Origin: Bacteroidales bacterium
GTDB lineage: Bacteria > Bacteroidota > Bacteroidia > Bacteroidales > VadinHA17
Length of the DNA stretch: 64,000 bases
Reading direction: 5' to 3'
NCBI GenBank assembly: GCA_034004115.1
Contig: JAVEXG010000004.1
Coordinates: 4,593-68,592 of the forward strand
This document shows positions 1 to 7,743 of the stretch, one piece after another. Both the position numbers and the translations under genes were made by a program. The stretch's first letter is position 1; every line of letters begins with the position of its first letter. Below the pieces are notes generated by a model. That model was not told the DNA's origin and searched no databases. It saw only the letters and a program-made list of their open reading frames with translations.

Positions 1-1187
1 GTAAGAAGGACCAGGGCCACCGAAAAGAGAACACCGGGCAGGAGATGTCTGGCATTCAGATTGAAATACTCCGGGATCATTTTCTCCTTGAGAATAATTT
101 CTGCCTCGCTCCTTGCTTTCTGAAACACAATGTGGTTTTCATTGTCAAGGACTATTTCCTGACTGCCGGCAAATAGTGCTGAAGCCAGGGCTTTTTCTTC
201 GGGAGTGAGTACTGCTTCCGCGCCGGGAACCAGCTCGAGTGAGTATTTCTTCTTTGTACGGACGATTTTCAGGTAACCGCTTACGGCCATGTTTACAAGT
301 GCCGCCGTTACTACCTCCTCTTTCATTCCCATGTTTGAAAGGTAACCTGTTGCGGCAGGACTGAAACCTTCAGGCGGATCAAAAAGGGGAATAATGGTTC
401 CTTTGGCGGGGTCTTTCCCGGCTGACTTCCATTTCCTGAAGTAGAGCATTATGGCCCCGGCAAGTCCGGCCAGGGCAAACAGAATGTGAAGATTGTCCTT
501 CAGAAACATTATCAGCTTGCTGAAACCCGAAGGCCGGGCTACAAATCCTTTTTCCCATGCTGCTGCTATTGTCAGCTGCTCCTGAGGCTCCAGTGGCCTT
601 GTGGTTGTGAGCTTTACTACATTGCCCTCACTTGCCATTTCACAATCGCATCCGGTCGATCCGGCATAACCTGAATAAGCTGTTTTCTGAACAATCCCCG
701 CTCCTTCAGGAGCCCTGATCGTGACGGAGGCAGTTTCAATCGGAAATGCCCAGTCGCCTCCAATGGCATTGTAATAAAGTTCGTCATAATCATCAAAGAA
801 ACCTATCTGACGGGTTGTTTTGAACGATAGGGTATAGTTGTATGTTCCGGGTGTCAGCTCAATGTCGCTGTCTCCGATGTAAACAATCACACCGTTATTT
901 TTTTCTTCGGTGAACCAGGGCTCGGGGGCGCCGTTCTTCAACACCTCCGTGACCTCAAACCCCACCTTAAAACGGTTGCCCAGCCGGTCCTTGTATTTTG
1001 TGGGAAACGTCCTGTAAATACCTCTTTTTATTGCATTTCCCTCAGAAACAATGCTTATCTGCTCGCGAACAAGCAGGGTTCCGTTCTTTTCAATTTCAGC
1101 ATCAATATCATAGGAGAGAATCCTTTCCTGTGCTTTTGCTGAAAGTAATCCCAGAACAAGAAAAAGGAATACGAAAATTCGTTTCAT
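1..1187 (-). CDS. DUF2207 domain-containing membrane protein (partial; C-terminus lies beyond the left window edge)
   Basis: Absent from the ORF track because it runs off the window. Manual reverse translation from ATG 1187-1185 gives MKRIFVFLFLVLGLLSAKAQERILSYDIDAEIEKNGTLLVREQISIVSEGNAIKRGIYRTFPTKYKDRLGN... with no stop down to position 1. It has a signal peptide, an RGIYRxFPxxY signature and later TM stretches. It lies directly downstream of LemA, its usual partner. Confidence 0.85.
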   Translation of the reverse strand, partial: MKRIFVFLFLVLGLLSAKAQERILSYDIDAEIEKNGTLLVREQISIVSEGNAIKRGIYRTFPTKYKDRLGNRFKVGFEVTEVLKNGAPEPWFTEEKNNGVIVYIGDSDIELTPGTYNYTLSFKTTRQIGFFDDYDELYYNAIGGDWAFPIETASVTIRAPEGAGIVQKTAYSGYAGSTGCDCEMASEGNVVKLTTTRPLEPQEQLTIAAAWEKGFVARPSGFSKLIMFLKDNLHILFALAGLAGAIMLYFRKWKSAGKDPAKGTIIPLFDPPEGFSPAATGYLSNMGMKEEVVTAALVNMAVSGYLKIVRTKKKYSLELVPGAEAVLTPEEKALASALFAGSQEIVLDNENHIVFQKARSEAEIILKEKMIPEYFNLNARHLLPGVLFSVALVLL

Positions 1188-1197
1188 ATGTAACATA

Positions 1198-1746
1198 TTA
1201 CATTTTGATCTCAGGAGTGGATCTTTCCGATTCATTGCCAATATCAAAGAATTCCTTCTGACTGTGCCCTGCAACTTTTGCAACAAGGCTCGATGGGAAT
1301 TGTTCGATCAGGATGTTGTAGTTGCGTACAGTTCCGTTGTAGTAACGCCGGGCTTTCTGAAGATCGTTCTCAACTTTCGATATATCCCTCTGCAGTTCAA
1401 GGAAATTCTGGCTTGCCTTGAGATCGGGATAGTTCTCCACCACCACGAAGAGTTCTCCCAGGGCCTTTGACAGTCCTATTTCAGCCGTCTCAGTCTCCTT
1501 GACTGAAGAAGCTGACATCCCCTGTGTCCGGAGACTGGTGATGGCTTCGAGCAGGTTTCTTTCATGGGATGCATATGCCCTGACTGTCTCCACCAGAAGG
1601 GGAATCAGGTCATGACGTTTTTTAAGCTGCACATCGATGCCGCTCCATGCTTCCCTGACATAGTTTACAAGTCTTACAAGCCGGTTGTATATGAAGAGGA
1701 AAAATCCTCCGCATGCTACCACTATTGCAATGATTAAAATGGCCAC
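1198..1746 (-). CDS. lemA: LemA family protein
   Basis: 182-aa ORF. N-terminal TM helix (AILIIAIVVACGGFFLFIY), then NRLVRLVNYVREAWSGIDVQLKKRHDLIP and ARRYYNGTVRNYN, which is the typical LemA pattern. Confidence 0.93.
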   Translation of the reverse strand: MAILIIAIVVACGGFFLFIYNRLVRLVNYVREAWSGIDVQLKKRHDLIPLLVETVRAYASHERNLLEAITSLRTQGMSASSVKETETAEIGLSKALGELFVVVENYPDLKASQNFLELQRDISKVENDLQKARRYYNGTVRNYNILIEQFPSSLVAKVAGHSQKEFFDIGNESERSTPEIKM

Positions 1747-1951
1747 TGGTTTGGAATATTGGTTAAAGCCACGGAAAAGCCGGGACTTTCAAATATAGAA
1801 AAAAATAGCACAAACATCTTCGGGGCAAAACAGAACTGAAGTTAAAACTGAAATAAAATTAAAACCCCTATCGGATAGGGTTTTGATAAGTGTTACGGGT
1901 CTTTGGTTTAATATTCTGTTACAAAAACACAACTTTAAATTGATAAAATAC

Positions 1952-3187
1952 ATGAAAACATTCTCTTCTTTCCTTTACCTGGCATGTATCCTGTTTTTAC
2001 TGTCATGCACCGGAGATAATTATTCTGACTGGCCTCAATGGAGAGGACCGGCCCGGGACGGAATCAGTCCGGAGTTCGGCCTTCTCAGTAAATGGCCCGC
2101 TGACGGACCCGCCCTGCTATGGTCGGTCAATACTGTCGGTGACGGATTTTCCTCTGCTGTGATCCATGATAAAATGGTCTTTACCCAGGGGAAGAAAGAT
2201 TCTGTGGAGATTCTTTCGGCAATTGACCTTAACGGAAATGTAAAGTGGCAGGAAGTGATCGGAAGAGCTTTACAAACAGGGGAATGGCAACAGAGCCGAA
2301 GCACTCCGACTTATTATAAAGATAAGATCTATGCATTGTCTGCCATGGGCGATATTGCCTGTTTCGATTCACAGACAGGGAAAGCTGACTGGAGATCAGA
2401 TGCATTTGAACAGTTTGGCGGAGACTGCCAGTCCATAGCCGAATCTCCCCTTGTAATGGATGACAAAGTGATTTTGACACCTTGCGGGTACCAGACAACT
2501 ATGGTAGCGCTTGATAATCTGACAGGAAAAACCATCTGGAGATCTGAGACCCTGAAGGATTCCAATTATTTTGCTACTCCGCTTCTTATCAGGGGGAAGA
2601 ACCGAAATTATATTTTTCAGTCCTCCCAGAAGTATGATTTTATTGTTGATCCCAACACGGGTAAAATTATCTGGAAGGATAGCAGGATTTCCGGGAACAT
2701 GATACCACAGGTGATCAATAATCAGGTATATTTTCCTGGTGATGACAATAAAGGCGGATCATTGTGCAGATGGGACGATGAGCTTAACAGCCGGACTGTG
2801 GTTTGGTCTGATACCGTCAAGGCCCTTATAATAAGTGGTTCAGCCGTTATCGATGATAAAATTGTGGTATCGGGTCTTCCCAAAGGTATCGCCTGTATTG
2901 ATATGAATACCGGTAAATCCATTGCACGTTATAACAGATTGAGATCATCCAATTTTCTTGTTGCGGGGAATCAGCTTTATTGTTATGAGGATGGTACGGC
3001 AAGAGTATACCTTTTCAATATTACAGACCCTGGCTTCGAACTCGTCAGTTCATTTAAAACTGCCTCAGGAACCGGTCCTTCAATTGCTCATATGGCGATC
3101 TCAAACGGGATCCTTTTCATTCGTCACGGAACAGCTCTCATGGCTTACAGCCTGAAACAGGTTGCGCCGGTGGAAGTCAACAGTTAA
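1952..3187 (+). CDS. PQQ-like (BamB-type) beta-propeller repeat lipoprotein
   Basis: ORF 1883..3187. The internal ATG at 1952 gives a lipoprotein-type signal MKTFSSFLYLACILFLLSC. Recurrent blade motifs are present (WPQWRGP, LLWSV, GNVKWQ, GKADWRS, GKTIWRS, GKIIWKD, TVVWSD). Confidence 0.8.
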   Translation: MKTFSSFLYLACILFLLSCTGDNYSDWPQWRGPARDGISPEFGLLSKWPADGPALLWSVNTVGDGFSSAVIHDKMVFTQGKKDSVEILSAIDLNGNVKWQEVIGRALQTGEWQQSRSTPTYYKDKIYALSAMGDIACFDSQTGKADWRSDAFEQFGGDCQSIAESPLVMDDKVILTPCGYQTTMVALDNLTGKTIWRSETLKDSNYFATPLLIRGKNRNYIFQSSQKYDFIVDPNTGKIIWKDSRISGNMIPQVINNQVYFPGDDNKGGSLCRWDDELNSRTVVWSDTVKALIISGSAVIDDKIVVSGLPKGIACIDMNTGKSIARYNRLRSSNFLVAGNQLYCYEDGTARVYLFNITDPGFELVSSFKTASGTGPSIAHMAISNGILFIRHGTALMAYSLKQVAPVEVNS

Positions 3188-3206
3188 CCACTCTCACGGT
3201 CAACTG

Positions 3207-3554
3207 TTACAACTCCCTTCCTCTTCTTGCATCGCGGTTGTTATCTCCGCCTGTCAGTAAAAAATCGTGCTTCAGGTTGTTCAGCTTTTCTGCAGTTCTC
3301 CTGAAATCCTCGAGTGCGGTATTGCCGTATTCGATATGAATGTCGGTCATAAAGGCAAAGCTGAAAGTGTCTGCATCCGTTTGTGAGCCTTTTGAAGGAT
3401 CTGATGTCATGAAATTCCAGGGTTCATGATGCGACGGAGTCCTGATGTAAGCTGATCCATAGCATCCGATGTCACCATAGCCCAGATCGCCGGCCATGAT
3501 GAATATTATATTCGGCTTCGAAGACCTGCCCTGTACTGAGACGCTATTATTCAC
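3207..3554 (-). pseudogene. Mosaic gene remnant: sulfatase N-terminal fragment joined to a metallophosphoesterase N-terminal fragment
   Basis: The 115-aa ORF starts at GTG. KPNIIFIMAGDLGYGDIGCYGSAYIRTPS resembles the sulfatase N-terminal metal/FGly region, with AGD where DD is usual. After about 20 aa comes FSFAFMTDIHIEYGN...DFLLTGGD, resembling metallophosphoesterase motifs I-II, and then a stop. An in-frame signal-like stretch (SRKESSLIYTGLAALALLSV) lies upstream of the GTG with no start codon after the preceding stop. Confidence 0.55.
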
Positions 3555-4023
3555 AGAAAGAAGTGCAAGCGCTGCCAGTCCTGTGTAGATGAGTGAGGAT
3601 TCTTTCCTGGAAACAAGGTGATTAAAACTTTGAGTTTGAAAGGGAGAAGTGTTTCGTCAACGGCAGAAAGCGGACGGTTGATTCCTTCCGGGGATCAGAT
3701 CCACCGGCTTTTTGAGATCACAAAGAATTTTTTAGGATTGAAATACGGCGAGAGCTTCAGGTTATCGTTGAATTTCTTCCTCACCTGATCATCTGACATA
3801 TCGGTGCTTATCCCCACAACCGTGCGGGAATTTACCCTGATATATCTTAACGACTTTTCCAATGTTTACTTCCTTTGATACGGTATAAAGATAACAAATA
3901 AAGTGCAGGGTTTATTGTCTGGGGGAACAAAGTTGCTGCAGGGGGCAGGGGGCATTGCTCAAGACTCAAGACACAAGACGTAAGGCAGAAGCCTGGGAAG
4001 AGGTCCAACTTTAAAAAGTCTTG

Positions 4024-4130
4024 CCCCCTTTCCCGTTTCCCCCAAGGGGGAAAGGCTTATGGCGCTGTTCGTACATGGGAGTAAAAGCGTGCTGCTCCTG
4101 CCCCCCTGGGGGAAGGTTGGGAAGGGGGTG
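4024..4130. repeat. C5/G5-hairpin intergenic repeat family, locus 1 (modules B and A, reverse orientation)
   Basis: ccccctttcccgtttcccccaagggggaaag (4024-4053) is the reverse complement of the module seen at 21241-21270 and 37371-37400. cccccctgggggaaggttgggaagggggtg (4101-4130) is the reverse complement of the module at 32728-32763 and 37262-37295. Confidence 0.8.
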
Positions 4131-4338
4131 TTAAATGAGAATTGTTGCTAGTAATTAATTATTAATCTGTCAACTTTTTTCAGGACGGGGCATTGTACTG
4201 ACTGGTAACTGCCCCAAAGGATTGATTTCTTCATCAGCATAAATTTTTACTGAAGATAATCGGGATTTGCTTATTTTGGCAGAAGAATAAAGGAAGATAA
4301 TTGTTTTCCATTGTGAGAACCATGCATTACTTCAGGGG

Positions 4339-6036
4339 ATGAACAGCAAACTGAGCGAAAAGTGGATCAAGGCCTCCATAACAGGAACAATCTGGGCTGC
4401 ATCGGAGATTGTCCTGGGCAGCTTTCTTCATAACCTGAGAGTACCATTCAGCGGAAACATTCTGACTGCTATCGGGATTATAATACTTATATCAATCAGT
4501 TACATCTGGACTGAAAGAGGGCTGTTCTGGCGGGCAGGACTTATCTGCGCCTTGTTGAAAACCCTGTCGCCAAGCGCAGTGATTTTCGGACCCATGATTG
4601 CAATAATCGCCGAATCGCTTCTTATCGAAATGTCAGTCCGCCTGTCGGGACGAACCATCGCGGGTTATCTCATCGGCGCCGTGCTGGCAATGTCATGGAA
4701 CCTGTTTCAGAAAATTGCCAATTACATCATTTTCTACGGGGAAAACATTATCGAGGTATATAATCACCTTATCGGGATGGCTCAGCGGCAGCTTGACATC
4801 CAGACCGATATTGCCTGGCTGCCTATCCTCGCATTGCTTGCAGTCTTTGCCATTTTTGGTCTGATTGCCGGAGTGACAGGTATTATGGTGGGCAGGAAAA
4901 TGAAGAAGCAGCCTTCTTCGGAGTTGACTGTCGCGGGACAAAGGCCGCTGAGCAAAACCGAACCGTCAGTTCGGCCGGCCTTTGATTACTCAATACCATG
5001 GCTAATTGCTGACGTCATTCTTCTTGCCGGCAGTTTTGTAATTCTGAATACTGCCCCCTGGTTCGTATGGGGAATTGTTGTGATTGTGGTAATAGTATTA
5101 TGGTCAATCAGATACAAAAGAGCGCTCCGTCAGATATCAAGACCGAAATTCTGGATATTCTTTGTGTTGATTACACTGATCACTGCTTTTGCTCTGAGCA
5201 GGGCTCAAAAGGGTGAAATTTCATGGCAGGAGGGAATTCTTACAGGGATACAGATGAATTTCAGGGCTGCAGTTATAATCGCCGGATTCACTGTTCTTGG
5301 TACGGAATTGTATAATCCGCAAATCAGGAATTTCTTCCAGGGAACATCTTTCAGGAACCTGCCTCTGGCGCTTGAGCTGTCGGCCGAAAGCCTTCCTCAC
5401 TTCATCTCATCAGTCCCCGATTTCAGGAGCCTCGTGAGGAATCCGGTATCTATCTTCTATCATATCATTAAGCAGGCCGAGAGCAGGTTTAATGAGATAA
5501 AGGGCAGATCAGCACCGGCACCTAAAACATTCATTGTGACCGGTCCGCTGGGCTCCGGAAAAAGCACCTTTCTGAAACAGCTGGCTGATGCTATGCGAAA
5601 AAACGGACACCATCCCCGGGGAATTATTTCGGAGCGAAAGAGCGATGACTCCGGGACGGCAGGTTACGATCTGGTCAGCATTGAAACTGGTGAGAGGCAT
5701 GAATTCCTCAGGAAGTCTGAAGAAACAGGACCTGAAAGGATCGGAAGATTCATCATTGAACCCGGCAGCATTGAAAAGGGAGCAGCTATCCTGAACTCCT
5801 CCGGCAAAGGAATCATCATTATTGATGAGGTGGGAGCGCTGGAGATAAGCGGCCGCGGCTGGGCCTCGTGCATTGACGGGCTATTGGCACGGCCGGTCAG
5901 TCATCTGATTCTTTCTGTAAGGGAATCGCAGCTTGAAGGGATAAAAAGCTTGTGGCGTCTCGACGGCGCAATAACCATCGAAATCAGAAAGACCTGGAAC
6001 GAGGATGCCCTGAAGACTATTCTTGATAATCTTTAA
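4339..6036 (+). CDS. Fusion protein: polytopic membrane domain (about 8-9 TM) plus C-terminal P-loop NTPase (THEP1/DUF2478-like)
   Basis: 565-aa ORF. Residues 1-375 are strongly hydrophobic. The C-terminal ~165 aa carry Walker A (TGPLGSGKSTF) and a Walker B-like motif (GIIIIDEVGALE). No ABC signature motif is visible. Confidence 0.65.
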   Translation: MNSKLSEKWIKASITGTIWAASEIVLGSFLHNLRVPFSGNILTAIGIIILISISYIWTERGLFWRAGLICALLKTLSPSAVIFGPMIAIIAESLLIEMSVRLSGRTIAGYLIGAVLAMSWNLFQKIANYIIFYGENIIEVYNHLIGMAQRQLDIQTDIAWLPILALLAVFAIFGLIAGVTGIMVGRKMKKQPSSELTVAGQRPLSKTEPSVRPAFDYSIPWLIADVILLAGSFVILNTAPWFVWGIVVIVVIVLWSIRYKRALRQISRPKFWIFFVLITLITAFALSRAQKGEISWQEGILTGIQMNFRAAVIIAGFTVLGTELYNPQIRNFFQGTSFRNLPLALELSAESLPHFISSVPDFRSLVRNPVSIFYHIIKQAESRFNEIKGRSAPAPKTFIVTGPLGSGKSTFLKQLADAMRKNGHHPRGIISERKSDDSGTAGYDLVSIETGERHEFLRKSEETGPERIGRFIIEPGSIEKGAAILNSSGKGIIIIDEVGALEISGRGWASCIDGLLARPVSHLILSVRESQLEGIKSLWRLDGAITIEIRKTWNEDALKTILDNL

Positions 6037-6049
6037 CCGTTCATACGAA

Positions 6050-6076
6050 GCAGAAAAGTTCTAAACTTTTGCTTTG
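6050..6076 (+). terminator. Putative intrinsic terminator after the membrane-NTPase gene
   Basis: gcagaaaagtt-cta-aacttttgc hairpin (about 10 bp with one bulge) followed by tttgc, 14 nt after the stop at 6036. Confidence 0.4.
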
Positions 6077-6165
6077 CATATGAGTTAAAATGATCAGGAT
6101 CATAAAAGTTTACATTGTTTTTTTTAGTTTTGCATTAAGCACTAAACAATCAAACCCATTCTGTC

Positions 6166-7650
6166 ATGACAGCACCAAAAAAAAGAACCATGCTTACACG
6201 CCGCCAGTTCATGCGGCTTTCGGCTGCAGCCGCTGCAGGTGTGGCACTGCTGCCCCAGCTTTCCTGCTCCAACACTGTCATCCCGGCTCCGATGAAACGG
6301 CGCTTCGGCCGGATCAATTTTGATGTAACAACACTGGGACTCGGCGGACAGGCCTCAATCCAGTGGACTCCGGATGGAGTTGATCCGGTTGCCATAATTA
6401 AAAAGGCATTTGACCTGGGAGTTAACTACTTCGATACATCCAACGTGTACGGACCCAGCCAGATGAATTACGGGAAGGCATTCAGGGAACTTGACCTGAT
6501 ACCCGGACAGAAGGGATACAACCAGTCGCTCAGGGAATCAATATTTCTTACAAACAAGACAATGATCCGCTGGGCAAAAGGCGGCTATCCCCAGATCGAC
6601 AACGTCAGGAACAGTACAAACGGCGATCACGCAGAAGGCGCGGTGGCAGATCTCAAACGCACCCTGTCGCAGATCTTCGGCAACGACGACGGGACATATC
6701 CCGAAGGAGCCTACGTAAACATGATGCTTATCCATAATATCACAAATCCCGAAGAAGTTGATGTTGTGTTCAAGGGTCTTGAAACCCCGCTTGACGTTAA
6801 TGACAATTTCGGTGCCCTGGTTGCTCTCCGCGATTACAGGGACGGCACAAACATTACCGGCCTGAATCCTAAAAATGAGAAACTTATCAGGCATATAGGC
6901 TTTTCAGGTCACTACAGCGCACCTGTTATGATCGACATGATTCAGCGCGATAAATGGGATTTATTCGACGGGATGCTTGTTGCAATTAATGTCAACGACA
7001 GGCGCTACCTCAACATGCAGTACAATGTAATCCCTGTTGCGAAGGCCAGAAATATCGGCATCATCGCCATGAAGGTCTTCTCCGACGGGACCATGTATAC
7101 AAAGGAACCCGGATGGTCTAACAAGCCGGAACATGTTGTCAGGTTCGTTGGTACGGAATCCGTTCCCAGCCGTCCGCTGATCGAATATGTTCTTACTACC
7201 GCCGGAATTCATACACTAATAATAGGAATTGGCCAGATAGACGACGATCCGCTCAAGTGCCAGCTTACCCAGAATTACTACGCCGCCCAGATAGCCCCTG
7301 ACGCTCTCAGTGAAAGCCAGCGGCGCGAACTTGAAAAGATAGGCGAAAGAGCCCGCAACGGCGAAACAAATTACTTCCAGCTGCCCGACCCGGGCCTCAC
7401 TCCCCCAAGGAATGCACAGATTGCCAAATCAGACGGAATAAAGCTTACCTGGGATACCAGCTACGCCGGAAGTGAACCTTTATCCCATTACGACATTGAA
7501 GGCGACGGTACCATTATCGGAACTGTTAAGCATGTGCCCCAGGTTACAAGAGACCCCTTTACATTTGAGGCCGGAAAGGGTAAGAAGTTCAAAATCATTG
7601 CAGTCGATGCCATAGGAAGGAAATCGGAAACTGCCGTCTTAACGGTGTGA
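6166..7650 (+). CDS. Tat-signal aldo/keto reductase with C-terminal Ig/FN3-like domain
   Basis: 494 aa. Twin-arginine signal MLTRRQFMRLSAAAAAGVALLP. AKR core is present (LGLGG...AFDLGVNYFDTSNVYG...LTNK...LIHN). The last ~90 aa (IKLTWDTSYAGSEPLSHYDIEGDG...KFKIIAVDAIGRKSE) look like an FN3/Ig beta-sandwich. Confidence 0.85.
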   Translation: MTAPKKRTMLTRRQFMRLSAAAAAGVALLPQLSCSNTVIPAPMKRRFGRINFDVTTLGLGGQASIQWTPDGVDPVAIIKKAFDLGVNYFDTSNVYGPSQMNYGKAFRELDLIPGQKGYNQSLRESIFLTNKTMIRWAKGGYPQIDNVRNSTNGDHAEGAVADLKRTLSQIFGNDDGTYPEGAYVNMMLIHNITNPEEVDVVFKGLETPLDVNDNFGALVALRDYRDGTNITGLNPKNEKLIRHIGFSGHYSAPVMIDMIQRDKWDLFDGMLVAINVNDRRYLNMQYNVIPVAKARNIGIIAMKVFSDGTMYTKEPGWSNKPEHVVRFVGTESVPSRPLIEYVLTTAGIHTLIIGIGQIDDDPLKCQLTQNYYAAQIAPDALSESQRRELEKIGERARNGETNYFQLPDPGLTPPRNAQIAKSDGIKLTWDTSYAGSEPLSHYDIEGDGTIIGTVKHVPQVTRDPFTFEAGKGKKFKIIAVDAIGRKSETAVLTV

Positions 7651-7743
7651 CCGGGAGAGAGAGAAAAAAACTTTCTTTTTGCTCCCTGCTTAAATATTAA
7701 GATTTCTCTATATATTTAAAAATTCAGATATCTACCTTTATAC

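Noticed and set aside
1861-1884. Terminator-like hairpin aaaacccctat-cgg-atagggtttt.
   Set aside because: It sits between two divergently transcribed genes (LemA start 1746, propeller start 1952), where a terminator makes little sense. It might be an operator, but there is no supporting repeat or second copy.
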